Shown: one piece after another, positions 19,632 to 30,171 of the stretch | How the letters are laid out: the number at the start of each line of letters is the position of its first letter | How positions within the stretch are numbered: the first letter of the stretch is position 1 | Origin: Acidimicrobiaceae bacterium | Lineage (GTDB): Bacteria > Actinomycetota > Acidimicrobiia > Acidimicrobiales > RAAP-2 | Assembly (NCBI GenBank): GCA_003133685.1 | Contig: PKYQ01000023.1 | Coordinates: 20,075 to 84,074 of the forward strand | DNA length: 64,000 nt | Direction of reading: 5' to 3' | Notes under the pieces: generated by a model | Told to the model about the DNA's origin: nothing | The model's input: the letters and a program-made list of their open reading frames with translations, nothing else | The model's database searches: none | Translations under genes and position numbers: made by a program

Positions 19632-21088
19632 TTCACGACCACCATCGCCGCCGCTCGCAGGAGGCTATCGAGCGGCCACGCGAGTACTCCGATCGCGCCG
19701 CATCCCACGAGCGCACCGATGAGGGGAACGGTGACGAGGGACGGACTCTTATGCACCGGCTCCCCGTCGGGCCGAGCGCCAAAGAGCATGTGGCGCCCGT
19801 GCGACATGACCGAACCGAAGATTACCGCCATCAGCACGAGCGAGACCGCGGCCACCCAGCCCAGACCGACGTGCACCTCAGCGCGCAGCATGTTGAGCTC
19901 ACTGATGAACAGGCTGAAGGGCGGCAGTCCGAGAAGGGCGACCAGCCCGAAGGCGAAGACGCCGCCCAAGGCCGGACGACGGGCCAGCAACGCCTTGACC
20001 TGATCGATCTCGGTCGTGCCCTCAACGAGCAGGATCTCACCGGCGGCAAGAAACAGCACCGCCTTCGCGAGTCCGTGGCCGAGCACGTGCAGCAGCACCG
20101 CGGCGATGGCGAGCGGTGTGCCGGCGGCGGCGCCTAAGGCGATAAGGCCCATGTGCTCAACACTGTGGTACGCGAGCATGCGCTTGTAGTCGCGTTGGCT
20201 CAGTAGTAGCGACGCGGCGACCGCCAGTGACAGCAGGCCGGCCGTGACGAACAACGTCCGGGAGAACCCCACCCCCAACGCACCGTCGGCGATGGCCTTG
20301 AAGCGCAACAGCACGTAGAACGCCACCGTCAAAAGCACCCCGGACATCAGGGCCGACACCGGTGCCGGCGCCTGGCTGTGCGCGTCGGGCAGCCAACTGT
20401 GCATGGGAGCGAGGCCGACCTTGGTGCCGTAGCCGAGCACCAGCAGCGCCAGGGCGAGACGCATGACCCCCGGGTCGAGGTGGTGCGCAACACTCATGAG
20501 CGACGTCCATTCGAGCGACGCGTGCGCCCCGTGACTAGCGTGCAACGCGGCGAGGTAGACGAGCACGGTGCCGAGGAACGCGAGCGCGATGCCGACCGAG
20601 CAGATGATGACGTACTTCCACGACGCCTCGAGGGCTCCGCGCGTACGCCGGTACCCGACGAGGAACGTGGTGATGATGGTGGTCGCCTCGACGGCCACCC
20701 ACATGACGCCCACGTTGCCGGCGACGACCGCCAGCAGCATGGTTGTGATGAAGCCCTGGACGAGTACCGCGTAGAGCGTCGCACGACGCGTGCTCGAGTG
20801 ACCCGAGGAGATCTCGTGCTCGAGGTAGCGCACGCTCTGGCATACGGCCAAGAGGCCGATCGCCCCGATGACGATCACCATGAAGGCGCTCAGGGCGTCC
20901 ACGCGCAAGGCTCCGGAAAACTCGGACAGCGCCGGGCGGTGTACGACACGTGTGGCGAGTACGACGCCGGTGACGAGCACGAATCCCAACGACGCCGTGC
21001 ACAACCACCCGACCCAGCGCCGCCACCCGACCGCCGCCGCCACGCAACCCGTCACGAGCGGAACGAGCAGGAGTATGAAGGCGAGCAT
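19628..21088 (-). CDS. hyfF: HyfF/HycQ-like proton-translocating membrane subunit
   Basis: WVAVEATT, EASWKY, GYGTKVGLAPMHSWLPDAHSQAPAPVSALMSG, KRMLAYHSVEHMG. Confidence 0.92.
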   Translation of the reverse strand: MLAFILLLVPLVTGCVAAAVGWRRWVGWLCTASLGFVLVTGVVLATRVVHRPALSEFSGALRVDALSAFMVIVIGAIGLLAVCQSVRYLEHEISSGHSSTRRATLYAVLVQGFITTMLLAVVAGNVGVMWVAVEATTIITTFLVGYRRTRGALEASWKYVIICSVGIALAFLGTVLVYLAALHASHGAHASLEWTSLMSVAHHLDPGVMRLALALLVLGYGTKVGLAPMHSWLPDAHSQAPAPVSALMSGVLLTVAFYVLLRFKAIADGALGVGFSRTLFVTAGLLSLAVAASLLLSQRDYKRMLAYHSVEHMGLIALGAAAGTPLAIAAVLLHVLGHGLAKAVLFLAAGEILLVEGTTEIDQVKALLARRPALGGVFAFGLVALLGLPPFSLFISELNMLRAEVHVGLGWVAAVSLVLMAVIFGSVMSHGRHMLFGARPDGEPVHKSPSLVTVPLIGALVGCGAIGVLAWPLDSLLRAAAMVVVK

Positions 21089-21747
21089 CAGTCGTGTAAT
21101 TCCTGGAGCTCGTCGAGGTCGAGTACCGCGAACTTGGACCACAGCTGGACCGCCAGCACGCGCAGGACCACGACCACCAAGAGGACGTCGAGGGACGCGC
21201 CCAACTCAACCAGCAATGGCACGCCGGCCGTGGCGAGAAAGGCGACGAGCGCAATCCCGTTATCGACGAGCAAGAGGCCCACGATCTGCGACGCGGCCTT
21301 GCGGCGAACGACCATCGAGAAGAAACCAATGAGCAACGTGGCGAAGCCGAGGGGAATAAGTCGTCCGGCACTCGTCGACACGAGCGCGACGACCGGGCGA
21401 GTGGCGCCGTAGGCGAGGAACGTGAGGGCCCCCGCGCCCACCAGTGACGCGGGGACATTCACGAGGGGTGACGTTTCGCGGCTCATCGGTTCGTTCGCCA
21501 GGACGCGCTTCACGAGCGTCGGAATGAAGAAGCCCTTGGCCCCGACGACCAGGCAACCCACGACAATGAGCACGTCGTCGTGGTGGTGAAGTCCCAGCAC
21601 GAGGGCGACGACGCCGAGGGCCATCCCCTGGACGGCGAGCGCGCGCACGATGGCCCGCAGCGAACGTCGCCACAGGGTCACGATGGCACAGAGGATCACC
21701 AGTCCGGCCGCGATCTCGAGAAAGCTCAAATACGTGGCGCTGTTCAT
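21088..21747 (-). CDS. hyfE: HyfE/HycP-like membrane subunit
   Basis: About 7 TM segments, K...IP..., QIVGLLLVDNGI; position in the operon. Confidence 0.85.
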   Translation of the reverse strand: MNSATYLSFLEIAAGLVILCAIVTLWRRSLRAIVRALAVQGMALGVVALVLGLHHHDDVLIVVGCLVVGAKGFFIPTLVKRVLANEPMSRETSPLVNVPASLVGAGALTFLAYGATRPVVALVSTSAGRLIPLGFATLLIGFFSMVVRRKAASQIVGLLLVDNGIALVAFLATAGVPLLVELGASLDVLLVVVVLRVLAVQLWSKFAVLDLDELQELHD

Positions 21748-22706
21748 CGCGCGACCACCGCGGTCACCGCGCCGAGCAGGGCGAGCACGAAGCCGCCCGC
21801 AAGTAGTTCGGGCAGCCGGAAGAGACGCATCTTGGCCGTGAATACTTCAAAGATTGCGATCATCACGCCGGCCACGGCGACCTTGGCCAAGAGCGCGAAC
21901 AGCCCCACGCAAAAGAACAACACTCCGGGCCGCTCCGCCACCCCCCACGGAACGAGCAGGTTCACGAGCAGCCCCAATAAGAACACGAGTCGCATCGACT
22001 CGCCCACGATGATCAGGCCCAAATCCGCGCCGGAGTACTCGAGGACCATGGCCTCGTGGATCATCGTGAGTTCGAGGTGGGTGCTGGGATTGTCGACCGG
22101 CAGCCGACCGCTCTCGGCGAGGATCACCACCAGGAACGACGACAGCGCAAGGATTCGCGCCGGACTTGCGATGACTGCCGGATGGGCCAGACCCACGCGC
22201 ACGAGCGCGGGCAGGTTGGACGTGCGAGCGGAAATCGCCATGGCGAGGATCGCCACCAGCAGCGCCGGTTCGCAGAGCGCCCCGATGGTCATGGACCGGC
22301 TCGATCCCATGCCGCCAAAGGCCGTGCCGGTATCAAGTGCGCCGAGCGCGAGCACGACTGAACCGAGCAGCAGCACGAAGACCACCGCGAAGAAATCCGA
22401 ACTCTGCCCGAGCGGCGGATGGGTCGTCGCCAGGGGCGACACCGCCGCGACGGCGACCACCGTCGCGACCAGAACAACCGGAGCGGCACCAAAGACCCAA
22501 CTCGATTCACGCGGTCGCATACGCTGCTTGGCGAAGAGTTTTCGCACGTCGAGCAGGGGCTGATGAATGGGTGCGCCGACGCGGCCTTCGAGTCGAGAAC
22601 GAACCTTGCGCATAAGTCCGAGCAGGAGCGGCCCGCCCACGGCCACGGCGAACACCTGGACGACCGCGACCAGTACCTGGGTCATGAAATGAGCGAACTG
22701 GTTCAC
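21744..22706 (-). CDS. hycD: HyfC/HycD (NuoH-like) membrane subunit
   Basis: GAPIHQPLLDVRKL, DTGTAFGGMGSSR, AESGRLPVDNP...EL.MIHEAMVLEYSG. GTG 22706 overlaps the upstream stop. Confidence 0.92.
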   Translation of the reverse strand: MNQFAHFMTQVLVAVVQVFAVAVGGPLLLGLMRKVRSRLEGRVGAPIHQPLLDVRKLFAKQRMRPRESSWVFGAAPVVLVATVVAVAAVSPLATTHPPLGQSSDFFAVVFVLLLGSVVLALGALDTGTAFGGMGSSRSMTIGALCEPALLVAILAMAISARTSNLPALVRVGLAHPAVIASPARILALSSFLVVILAESGRLPVDNPSTHLELTMIHEAMVLEYSGADLGLIIVGESMRLVFLLGLLVNLLVPWGVAERPGVLFFCVGLFALLAKVAVAGVMIAIFEVFTAKMRLFRLPELLAGGFVLALLGAVTAVVAR

Positions 22707-24724
22707 GTCACCGCCACCAAGACGATCACGAGCGCCACGAAACCGTAGGCGAGGTAACGGCGCACGCTGCCGTTCTGCAACGAGCGCGCACGTTGGCCCC
22801 ACCATCGCACGCCGGCAATGAAGGGGCGATAGAAGTGGCGTTCGATTACGTCGTCATTCGACGTGCGATAAGCGATGCGCTCTATGTAGTAACGCGACTC
22901 GACGAGGTGGCTGACGTCGAGGTCGCGCGAGGGACGGATCACGTCGTCGAACACTCGCAGCAGCGGTTCGCCGAAAGAGGTCGCGGTGTACTGCATACGC
23001 GCGGTCTGCAGCTTGCGACCTGATCCCCACGGTTCGACGGGATTGACTGCGGGCCACGCGTTCCTTCGACGATGCGCGATCCGTCGGATTACGATCACCA
23101 CCAGGGCCGCACTCGCCAATCCTGCGGCGAGTAACGATGGTGCCAGGACGCCGCGAAGTCCCAGCAGGTGCAGCGACACCCATCCGCTCGTCACCGACGA
23201 GGCGTTGACTTGCCGCGCGCTCGCCGCCGCGCGCTCGATCGCCGGCAGCACGAGCATCGGCACCAGACCGAGCACGAGACAGAGTGCGGCCAGAGCCCCG
23301 GCGCCCACGCGCATCGTGATCGCGACCTCGTGAGCCGCCGTCGCCTCGTCCGAGCGCGGTCGTCCGAGAAACCCGATCCCCGTCGCCTTGACGAACGCCG
23401 CGACTGTCAGTCCTCCAGTTAACGCCAGGGTGGCGACCGCCGCCGAGATGCTGATCACGACCCAGGTATTGGACGTGGGCAGGCCGTGCAGCAGACCCTG
23501 GAGGAGCAGCCATTCACCGATGAATCCGTTGAAGGGAGGAAGGACCGCCACCGAGAGCGCTCCGACGAGGAAGACGATGCCCGTCACCGGCATCCGTCGC
23601 ATCAGCCCGCCGAGCCGATCCAGGTCCCTCGTTCCCGTGGCGACCTGCACGGCGCCCGCCGCGAGGAAGAGGGCTCCCTTGAACACGGAGTGATTTACCA
23701 TCAGCAAAAGTGCGGCCACCATCGCTATCGCGGCGGTCGTCGGGTGGCCCGACGCGCCAAACAGTCCCGACGCGCCGAGCGCGATCAGTATCAGACCCAT
23801 GTTGTCGGACGTCGAATACGCGAGCAGTCTCTTCAAGTCCGAACTCGTCGCCGCATAGAGGGCGCCGTAGAGGGCCGACATTACGCCGAGGACGCTGACG
23901 AGTAACCACCACCAGACGGGCCCGCCCCCCAGGAGTCGATTGCCCACGAGGACAATCCCGTAGATACCGAGGTTGACCATGGCCCCGGACATCAGCGCCG
24001 ACGCCGGTCCCGGCGCTTCGGCGTGAGCCTTGGGCAGCCAGACGTGCAGGGGCACGGCCCCGGCCTTCGATCCAAAGCCGAGCAGGGCGAGCACGAAGAC
24101 CGTGCCGCGAACCGCGCTCGACAGGTGCCGGGCGTGAGCCTCGATGTCGCTGAATGTCTGACCGCCGGCGTGGGCCGAGAGCAGCACGAGCGCCAGGAGA
24201 ATGGCTGCCGCGCCGGCGTGCGTCATGACCGCGTACCACTGGGCGGCGCTTCGCGCGGCCTCGCGTCTCGACTGGTCGGTCAGAACTAGCACCAGCGAGG
24301 TGAGGGCCATCATTTCCCACAGCACGAGGAACGTCGCCACGCTGGCGGCGAAGGGCACGAGAAGCATGCTGGTGACGAACAACGGCATCGCACTCGAAGC
24401 GCTTCGCGAAGATAAGCCGTGACCGGCATAGCCCAGCCAATAGAACGTCGACGCCATCGCCACGATCGATATCGGGATGACGAATATGGCGCCCAACGGA
24501 TCAAGCGTTATCGTCACGCCGGTGAGAGGCAGAATCGCACTGGTTGAGAGCGTGATGACGTGGTCGCTAGAGAGGACCGTCACCGCCGCCCCCAGCGCCG
24601 CCGCGCACGAAACCCACGTCAACGCGACCGCCGCGCCCACCCGGCTCGACACCGGTAATGCGCCACCGAGGATGGCCCCCATCACTCCAGCGAGTCCAAC
24701 CGCAACAACGTAGACGTCGTTCAT
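22703..24724 (-). CDS. hyfB: HyfB/HycC (NuoL/M-like) membrane subunit
   Basis: FLVLWEMM, GFGSKAGAVPLHVWLPKAHAEAP, KRLLAYS, LPPFNGFIGEW. ATG 24724. Confidence 0.92.
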   Translation of the reverse strand: MNDVYVVAVGLAGVMGAILGGALPVSSRVGAAVALTWVSCAAALGAAVTVLSSDHVITLSTSAILPLTGVTITLDPLGAIFVIPISIVAMASTFYWLGYAGHGLSSRSASSAMPLFVTSMLLVPFAASVATFLVLWEMMALTSLVLVLTDQSRREAARSAAQWYAVMTHAGAAAILLALVLLSAHAGGQTFSDIEAHARHLSSAVRGTVFVLALLGFGSKAGAVPLHVWLPKAHAEAPGPASALMSGAMVNLGIYGIVLVGNRLLGGGPVWWWLLVSVLGVMSALYGALYAATSSDLKRLLAYSTSDNMGLILIALGASGLFGASGHPTTAAIAMVAALLLMVNHSVFKGALFLAAGAVQVATGTRDLDRLGGLMRRMPVTGIVFLVGALSVAVLPPFNGFIGEWLLLQGLLHGLPTSNTWVVISISAAVATLALTGGLTVAAFVKATGIGFLGRPRSDEATAAHEVAITMRVGAGALAALCLVLGLVPMLVLPAIERAAASARQVNASSVTSGWVSLHLLGLRGVLAPSLLAAGLASAALVVIVIRRIAHRRRNAWPAVNPVEPWGSGRKLQTARMQYTATSFGEPLLRVFDDVIRPSRDLDVSHLVESRYYIERIAYRTSNDDVIERHFYRPFIAGVRWWGQRARSLQNGSVRRYLAYGFVALVIVLVAVT

Positions 24725-25206
24725 CGTCCGGTCAGATTGCGCAACGCTTCGACGATCGCCTCGGGATGAGGCGGACAGCCCGCGATATGAACGTCGACCT
24801 TCACGACGTCGCTGACCGACCCTTCGACGCCGTAGGCGCCTTTGAAGACTCCACAATCGTGCGCGCAATCGCCAAGGGAGATAACGAGTCGCGGTTCGGG
24901 CATCGCTTGCATCGTCTTACGTAGCGGATCAACCATGTTCTTGGTGACCGGTCCGGTCACCAAGAGGGCGTCGGCGTGACGAGGCGAGGCGACAAGTCGC
25001 ACGCCAAATCTCTCGACGTCATAGACCGGTGCGAAGGCGGAGGTGACTTCAAGTTCGCAGCCGTTGCACGAGCCGGCGTCGACGTGACGTACTTGCAGCG
25101 ATCCGTGAAGACTCACTGGGGGGTGTTGCGAAGTCGGCGCCTCGCCTAAGTCCTTCACGACGCTCGTGGGATGAAGCACGGTCTGCAAGAGGAGGCGAAA
25201 CGTCAT
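24721..25206 (-). CDS. hycG: HycG/NuoB-like Fe-S small subunit
   Basis: GSCNGCELE, SPRHADALLVTGP, GDC, GCPP. Confidence 0.92.
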   Translation of the reverse strand: MTFRLLLQTVLHPTSVVKDLGEAPTSQHPPVSLHGSLQVRHVDAGSCNGCELEVTSAFAPVYDVERFGVRLVASPRHADALLVTGPVTKNMVDPLRKTMQAMPEPRLVISLGDCAHDCGVFKGAYGVEGSVSDVVKVDVHIAGCPPHPEAIVEALRNLTGR

Positions 25207-25404
25207 AACTCCGGTTTCCCTCTTCGCGGACTGAAGCGAACTATCAACAGTACCATCGAAAAATCAACTCACTTTCGGCGAGGGTCTCTCATTGGCAGTC
25301 GCCTCGTTCAGTGGGATTCGCGTACGCGGACGTCAGGCTGGCGAACGTCCGTCATGGTCGAAATGAATTCCTAGATATAAGACTGGCGCGACGACAATAC
25401 GGAT

Positions 25405-26682
25405 TCAATTCAGTCGCTCCTTCGCTCGTGCGAAGAGCGTGCGCCAACTCGCCATGGCGAGCACGATCAACGCGACCCCGGACACTGCGAATCCTTCGCG
25501 AGCGCCCACCGTCTCGCCCACGAATCCGACAAAAGGACTTGTGATTGGCTCGCACCCGGGCAGCGCCATCGTCCACGCGCCCATCACGCGCCCACGCATG
25601 GAGGCGTCAGCCTCGAAGAGCACGAGGGCATTCGCTCGAGCGATGAACCAGATCGACAGGCAACCCGTGACGAGCAGTCCGCCGTATTCGAGGGCGAGGT
25701 TGGGAGCGAGCGCCGTGGCGAGCACCGCCGCCCCGGTGAACGCCGCGAGGGCACCCACAGATCGCCTCGTTGGTTGCGAGCGACCGGTCGCGGCGAACAC
25801 ACCACCGGCGATGCCGCCGACTCCAAACACGGACATCATCAGCCCGAAACCTCCGGGGCCGAGATGAAACACCCTGGTCGCCAGCAGCGGCAGTGGTACG
25901 TTCAAGTTAAAGAGCATGCCCGACGCCGCAGCGAAGAAGAGACTCGTGCGAATGGTGGGATTCCGCAACGCGTAGCGAAGGCCGGCGAGTAAGTGGTCCG
26001 TACGCGGCTCGCGATCGAGGGGGAGCGGTGTCTCGCCCTTACGCAGCATGAGCAGAACGATGAGGGCGGGCACGAACGATGCCGCGTTGACGAAACAGCA
26101 GGCCGAGGCGCCCTCTATGGCTAAGAGAGCTCCACCGAGAGCCGGTCCGACCACGCGCGACACATTCAATACGACCTCGTTCAAACTGATCGCGCTCGTG
26201 AGGCGGTCGGTTCCTACGAGGTCTATGGCATAGACCTGACGCGCGGCGGCGTCGGGGGTACCGACGACGCCCGATGCGAACGCGAAGAGAAACAACATCC
26301 ACACCCGCACGGCGCCGAGCGCGATCACGGCCGCCAAGAGTGTCGACAACGTGATGAACAAGCTCTGGGTCACGATTAGGAGTCGTCGTCGATTCGACCG
26401 GTCGATCAGGTTGCCGGACCAGGGTCCGGCAACCAACATCGGTAGGAACGAGCACGTAGTCAACAGACCGAGATCAACCCCACTGCCGGTGAGACGCAGC
26501 ATCAACCACGCCAGTGCCACCCCTTGGGTCATGGTGCCTGATGCCGAGAGCACTTGGCTGAAGAACCACAATCGGAATGGTCGGACCGAGAGCGCACTGA
26601 AGGATTGACGAAAGTTTGGTGGCCGTAGAGGAAGGCGAGCGAGGGTTTGGTGACGGTTTGCCCGCGCGCGACGCATCCTCAT
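25405..26682 (-). CDS. MFS transporter (MFS_3/DHA3-like)
   Basis: FSALSVRPFRLWFFSQ, GNLIDRSNRRR, MRGRVMG. Exact start uncertain. Confidence 0.87.
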   Translation of the reverse strand: MRMRRARANRHQTLARLPLRPPNFRQSFSALSVRPFRLWFFSQVLSASGTMTQGVALAWLMLRLTGSGVDLGLLTTCSFLPMLVAGPWSGNLIDRSNRRRLLIVTQSLFITLSTLLAAVIALGAVRVWMLFLFAFASGVVGTPDAAARQVYAIDLVGTDRLTSAISLNEVVLNVSRVVGPALGGALLAIEGASACCFVNAASFVPALIVLLMLRKGETPLPLDREPRTDHLLAGLRYALRNPTIRTSLFFAAASGMLFNLNVPLPLLATRVFHLGPGGFGLMMSVFGVGGIAGGVFAATGRSQPTRRSVGALAAFTGAAVLATALAPNLALEYGGLLVTGCLSIWFIARANALVLFEADASMRGRVMGAWTMALPGCEPITSPFVGFVGETVGAREGFAVSGVALIVLAMASWRTLFARAKERLN

Positions 26683-27036
26683 CCCCGTTGCCAGCGACGG
26701 CGCGAACTATTCATCCGATGTCCTCTCGAGCAGATACGGCCGGGGCGCGAAAACTTGGCACCCCAAACCCTCAGAAGTTCGAAACACCGAAGTGGCATGG
26801 CTTCTTGCCGTCGACGAACTCGCTCAAACGCTTGAATTCGAAGTTAGTGCCTTGTTCTTGATGAGTCAATTGGTTCGGCGAGGGACGCGGGCCTTGACCG
26901 TCGGGGGTTTGGTGACTTGAGCCGTTAGGAAAAGCAAGGTTCGTTCGTCTCACGATTCAATCAGCATGGTCACGTCATTCCCAAAATAATGGGAATGAGG
27001 GGAGGTGCAGGTGTCCGGCTCGATGAACTCGTGGAG

Positions 27037-28596
27037 TTAGGCGCCGAGTCCCTTTGAGAACATTGCTTCAATGAACATGGGTCCCGGCGTGGCGTATGAA
27101 CGCTCCAGAGCCGACGTAAGTTCCTCAGAGGTCGTCACTCGCAGGCTGGGCACACCTTGAGCGCTGGCGATCGCCGCGAGGTCGAGCTCGGGGTCATCGA
27201 TCTCAAGCATGCGCTGACTGGTGGCGCCCTCCATGGTCGCGCCAACTCGCTGGAGCTCGTAGTTCAGGATCGCGTAGCTGCGATTCGACAAGCCCACCAC
27301 TGTTACATCCAGTCCCTCTCTCGCCATTGTCCAGAGAGCCTGCGGGGTATACATCATGGAACCATCGGACTGCAACGCGAGCACTCGGCCCGCGCTCGCG
27401 ACTGCTGATCCCACTGCGACCGGAAGTCCGAAGCCAATCGATCCACCGGTCAGAGTCATCCACCGATGGGGCGGGGCAAACCTGGTCGCGTTGAATAGGT
27501 CGGTGCCGGTGGTATTTGATTCGTCGGCGACGATTACGCCTTCTGGCAACGTCGCCGCGACTGCGGCGGCGAAGCTTTGCCGGTTCAAGGCACCGGACGG
27601 GGCTCGTGGGACTTCGCCCGACTCGGGCGGAACGGCAGGAGCGTCGAGGCCTTCGGCGAGTTCGCGCAGGGTAAATAGGGTGTCAGTGCCTGGGGGAGCT
27701 AGAGCCACGACTTCGCAACTTCGCGCGACTACGGTGCTTGGAATATCCGGATAGGCGAAGAATCCAACGGGCTCGTTGGTGCCGATGAGGATCAGGGCTT
27801 CGAGTTCTGCGAGCTGCGCGGAGGCGAATTCGCTGAGGTAGATAAGTCGTTCCGGACTGGCGATTCCTGCTCCCCGCTCGATGATCGCGGGGAATGTCTC
27901 GATCATGAAGCGTGCCGAGCAGGCGCTAGCAATTCTCTTTGTGAGTCCCAGGTGTTCCTTAGAAGTGGCGGTGCCACCGACGAAGATTGCAGCTTTCTTC
28001 GTGCGCAGAAGTTCGAGAGCTCGTTCGAGCATGTGGTCGTCCGGGAGACTCTCCGGACGGCGAACCGCAACGGGCCACGCGGCGGGATCTTCACTAAGTG
28101 CACCCCAAGACGAGTCGGCCGGCAGGATCAAAGTGGCAATCTGCCCCGGAGGGCCGTACGCGGCGGAAATCGCTTCGGCAGCGTCGCGCGCGACGTCGTC
28201 CGGACTCATCGTACGCTTCTGCCATCCGTTCAGAGCTCTCGCCAATGAGTCCATGTCGCTCTGCAGCGGCGCGTCGTACTGCGCGTGATAGGTGGCGTGG
28301 TCGCCCACGATATTCACTAACGGCACTCGAGCGCGTCGCGCATTGTGCAGGTTGGCCCAACCATTCGCGAGGCCCGGACCCAGGTGCAAGAGAGTGGCTG
28401 CCGGTTTACCGGTGACGCGCGCGTAACCATCAGCCGCACCCGTAGCAACACCTTCGAAGAGGCAGAGGATCGCTCGCATCTCTGGTGCGTCGTCGAGGCT
28501 CGCGACGAAGTGCATCTCAGAGGTGCCAGGGTTGGCGAAGCACACTGAGACGCCATTGGCGCACAGAGTGCCGAGCAGGGCGTGGGCGCCGTTCAT
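27037..28596 (-). CDS. ThDP-dependent acetolactate-synthase-like enzyme (IlvX-like)
   Basis: CFANPGTSEMHFV, LHLGPG.AN, SDGSMMY...N ThDP motif variant. Confidence 0.88.
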   Translation of the reverse strand: MNGAHALLGTLCANGVSVCFANPGTSEMHFVASLDDAPEMRAILCLFEGVATGAADGYARVTGKPAATLLHLGPGLANGWANLHNARRARVPLVNIVGDHATYHAQYDAPLQSDMDSLARALNGWQKRTMSPDDVARDAAEAISAAYGPPGQIATLILPADSSWGALSEDPAAWPVAVRRPESLPDDHMLERALELLRTKKAAIFVGGTATSKEHLGLTKRIASACSARFMIETFPAIIERGAGIASPERLIYLSEFASAQLAELEALILIGTNEPVGFFAYPDIPSTVVARSCEVVALAPPGTDTLFTLRELAEGLDAPAVPPESGEVPRAPSGALNRQSFAAAVAATLPEGVIVADESNTTGTDLFNATRFAPPHRWMTLTGGSIGFGLPVAVGSAVASAGRVLALQSDGSMMYTPQALWTMAREGLDVTVVGLSNRSYAILNYELQRVGATMEGATSQRMLEIDDPELDLAAIASAQGVPSLRVTTSEELTSALERSYATPGPMFIEAMFSKGLGA

Positions 28597-29987
28597 GGTA
28601 GGGGCCTTTCGTCGAGTAATCGGTAGGGGTTGAGCAGCCGGTGCGGATCGAAGGCGTGCTTGATGCGTCGTTGTAGGTCGAGAAGCGTCGGATCTGTCAG
28701 GGCCAGGTAGGGACCTTGCTTGTCGCGTCCGATGCCGTGCTCGCCGGAGATCTGGCCGCCAAGGCCGAGTCCGAAGGTGAAGAGTTCGAAGAGCATGGCA
28801 GTCCTCTTCTCGTTGTCGGGTTGGAAGATCGAGAGGTGGACGTTGCCGTCACCGACGTGACCGCACATGGAGATGAACGATTCGTGGCGCTCGGCGATCA
28901 AGCTCGCTTCTTCGAGGAACTCGGGCACACTCGATCGTGGCACGACGATGTCCACTATCTCGTGAGCGCCCGCCGCCTTGGCGACCCAGAAAGCGCGCTC
29001 ACGAGCTTCGATGAGGCGCGCGGCGGCACCGGAACCGAGAACGTAGACGTCCAACGCGCCAGCTTGTTCAACGAGTCCAGCGAGATCGGCGATGTCGGTT
29101 TCGAGTTGATTGGCGGTGCGGGTTTCGAGCAAGATGATCAAATACGCGGCAGTTCGCAAGGCGACAGATGGTTCGACCCCGAGTTCGAGTGACGCGGCAT
29201 TGGTGATCGCACCCATCGTGATCACGTCCAGGTACTCGAGAATCGCGGGCTCGAGTCCGGACGCCACGATTGACGGCACGACCCTGGTCACCTCGCGTAG
29301 TGAACTGAAAGGGACGAGGACCGTAGCGGCGTGTGCCAAGGCGGGAGAGAGCTTGAGCGTCACCTCGGTGACCATCGCGAGCGTTCCTTCGCTGCCAACG
29401 ACGAGTTGGGTAATGTCGTAGCCCGACGAGGACTTGACGACTGGACCTCCGCTACGCAGTACCGTTCCGTCGATCAGGACCATCTCGAGTCCGAGCACGT
29501 GCTGACGGGTGACGCCGTGACGAACTGCGCGCATTCCGCCGGCGTTGGTGTTGACGTTGCCTCCGAGGGAGCCGGAAAGTTCGCCAGGGTAGACGGGGTA
29601 GCGCAACCCGCTCGAGGCCAAAGCATCGCCGAGTTCTCGAAGCGTTATTCCTGGCTGGACCACGGCGACGTGATCGTTCACGTCGAGACGCAGAACCTTG
29701 TTCATCCGCGAGAAACTGACGACGATTCCCCCGGGCACTGGAGTCACGGCTCCGGAGAGCCCGGTGCCCGAACCTCTTGGCGTCACGGGAATCGAATGTT
29801 TAGACGCGACGCGGGCGATCTCGCTCACCTCATGCGTACACGATGGTCGCAGGACAGCGAACGGCTCAGTGTGCTGGTCGTGGAGCGTCTCGTCGTGCAG
29901 GTCGTCGGGGTGATGATCGGGCGCAAAGGTGACCGCGTTCGAGCCGACGATCGCCTTCAATTGTTCACCAATTGTCACGTTCTCCAT
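28593..29987 (-). CDS. FAD-linked 2-hydroxyacid oxidase (GlcD-like)
   Basis: RGSGTGLSG, NAGGMRAVRHG, GHVGDGNVH, SGEHGIG, DP..LLNP. Confidence 0.9.
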   Translation of the reverse strand: MENVTIGEQLKAIVGSNAVTFAPDHHPDDLHDETLHDQHTEPFAVLRPSCTHEVSEIARVASKHSIPVTPRGSGTGLSGAVTPVPGGIVVSFSRMNKVLRLDVNDHVAVVQPGITLRELGDALASSGLRYPVYPGELSGSLGGNVNTNAGGMRAVRHGVTRQHVLGLEMVLIDGTVLRSGGPVVKSSSGYDITQLVVGSEGTLAMVTEVTLKLSPALAHAATVLVPFSSLREVTRVVPSIVASGLEPAILEYLDVITMGAITNAASLELGVEPSVALRTAAYLIILLETRTANQLETDIADLAGLVEQAGALDVYVLGSGAAARLIEARERAFWVAKAAGAHEIVDIVVPRSSVPEFLEEASLIAERHESFISMCGHVGDGNVHLSIFQPDNEKRTAMLFELFTFGLGLGGQISGEHGIGRDKQGPYLALTDPTLLDLQRRIKHAFDPHRLLNPYRLLDERPLP

Positions 29988-30171
29988 TGTCAGGCAACAT
30001 TACCGTCGCCCGTATTTCCTCCGATTCGCGACGGAGGGCCGCGTGGCGCGCACTTCTGGCTCCGTCGGTGAAGGACGCGTTTCGTAGACCGACTTCATCG
30101 AAACTGCGTTTCTTAAATGCCGCGGACCCTTGGTCAAAAGAGAGTGAACCAGAACGTGACATGATTTGCGA

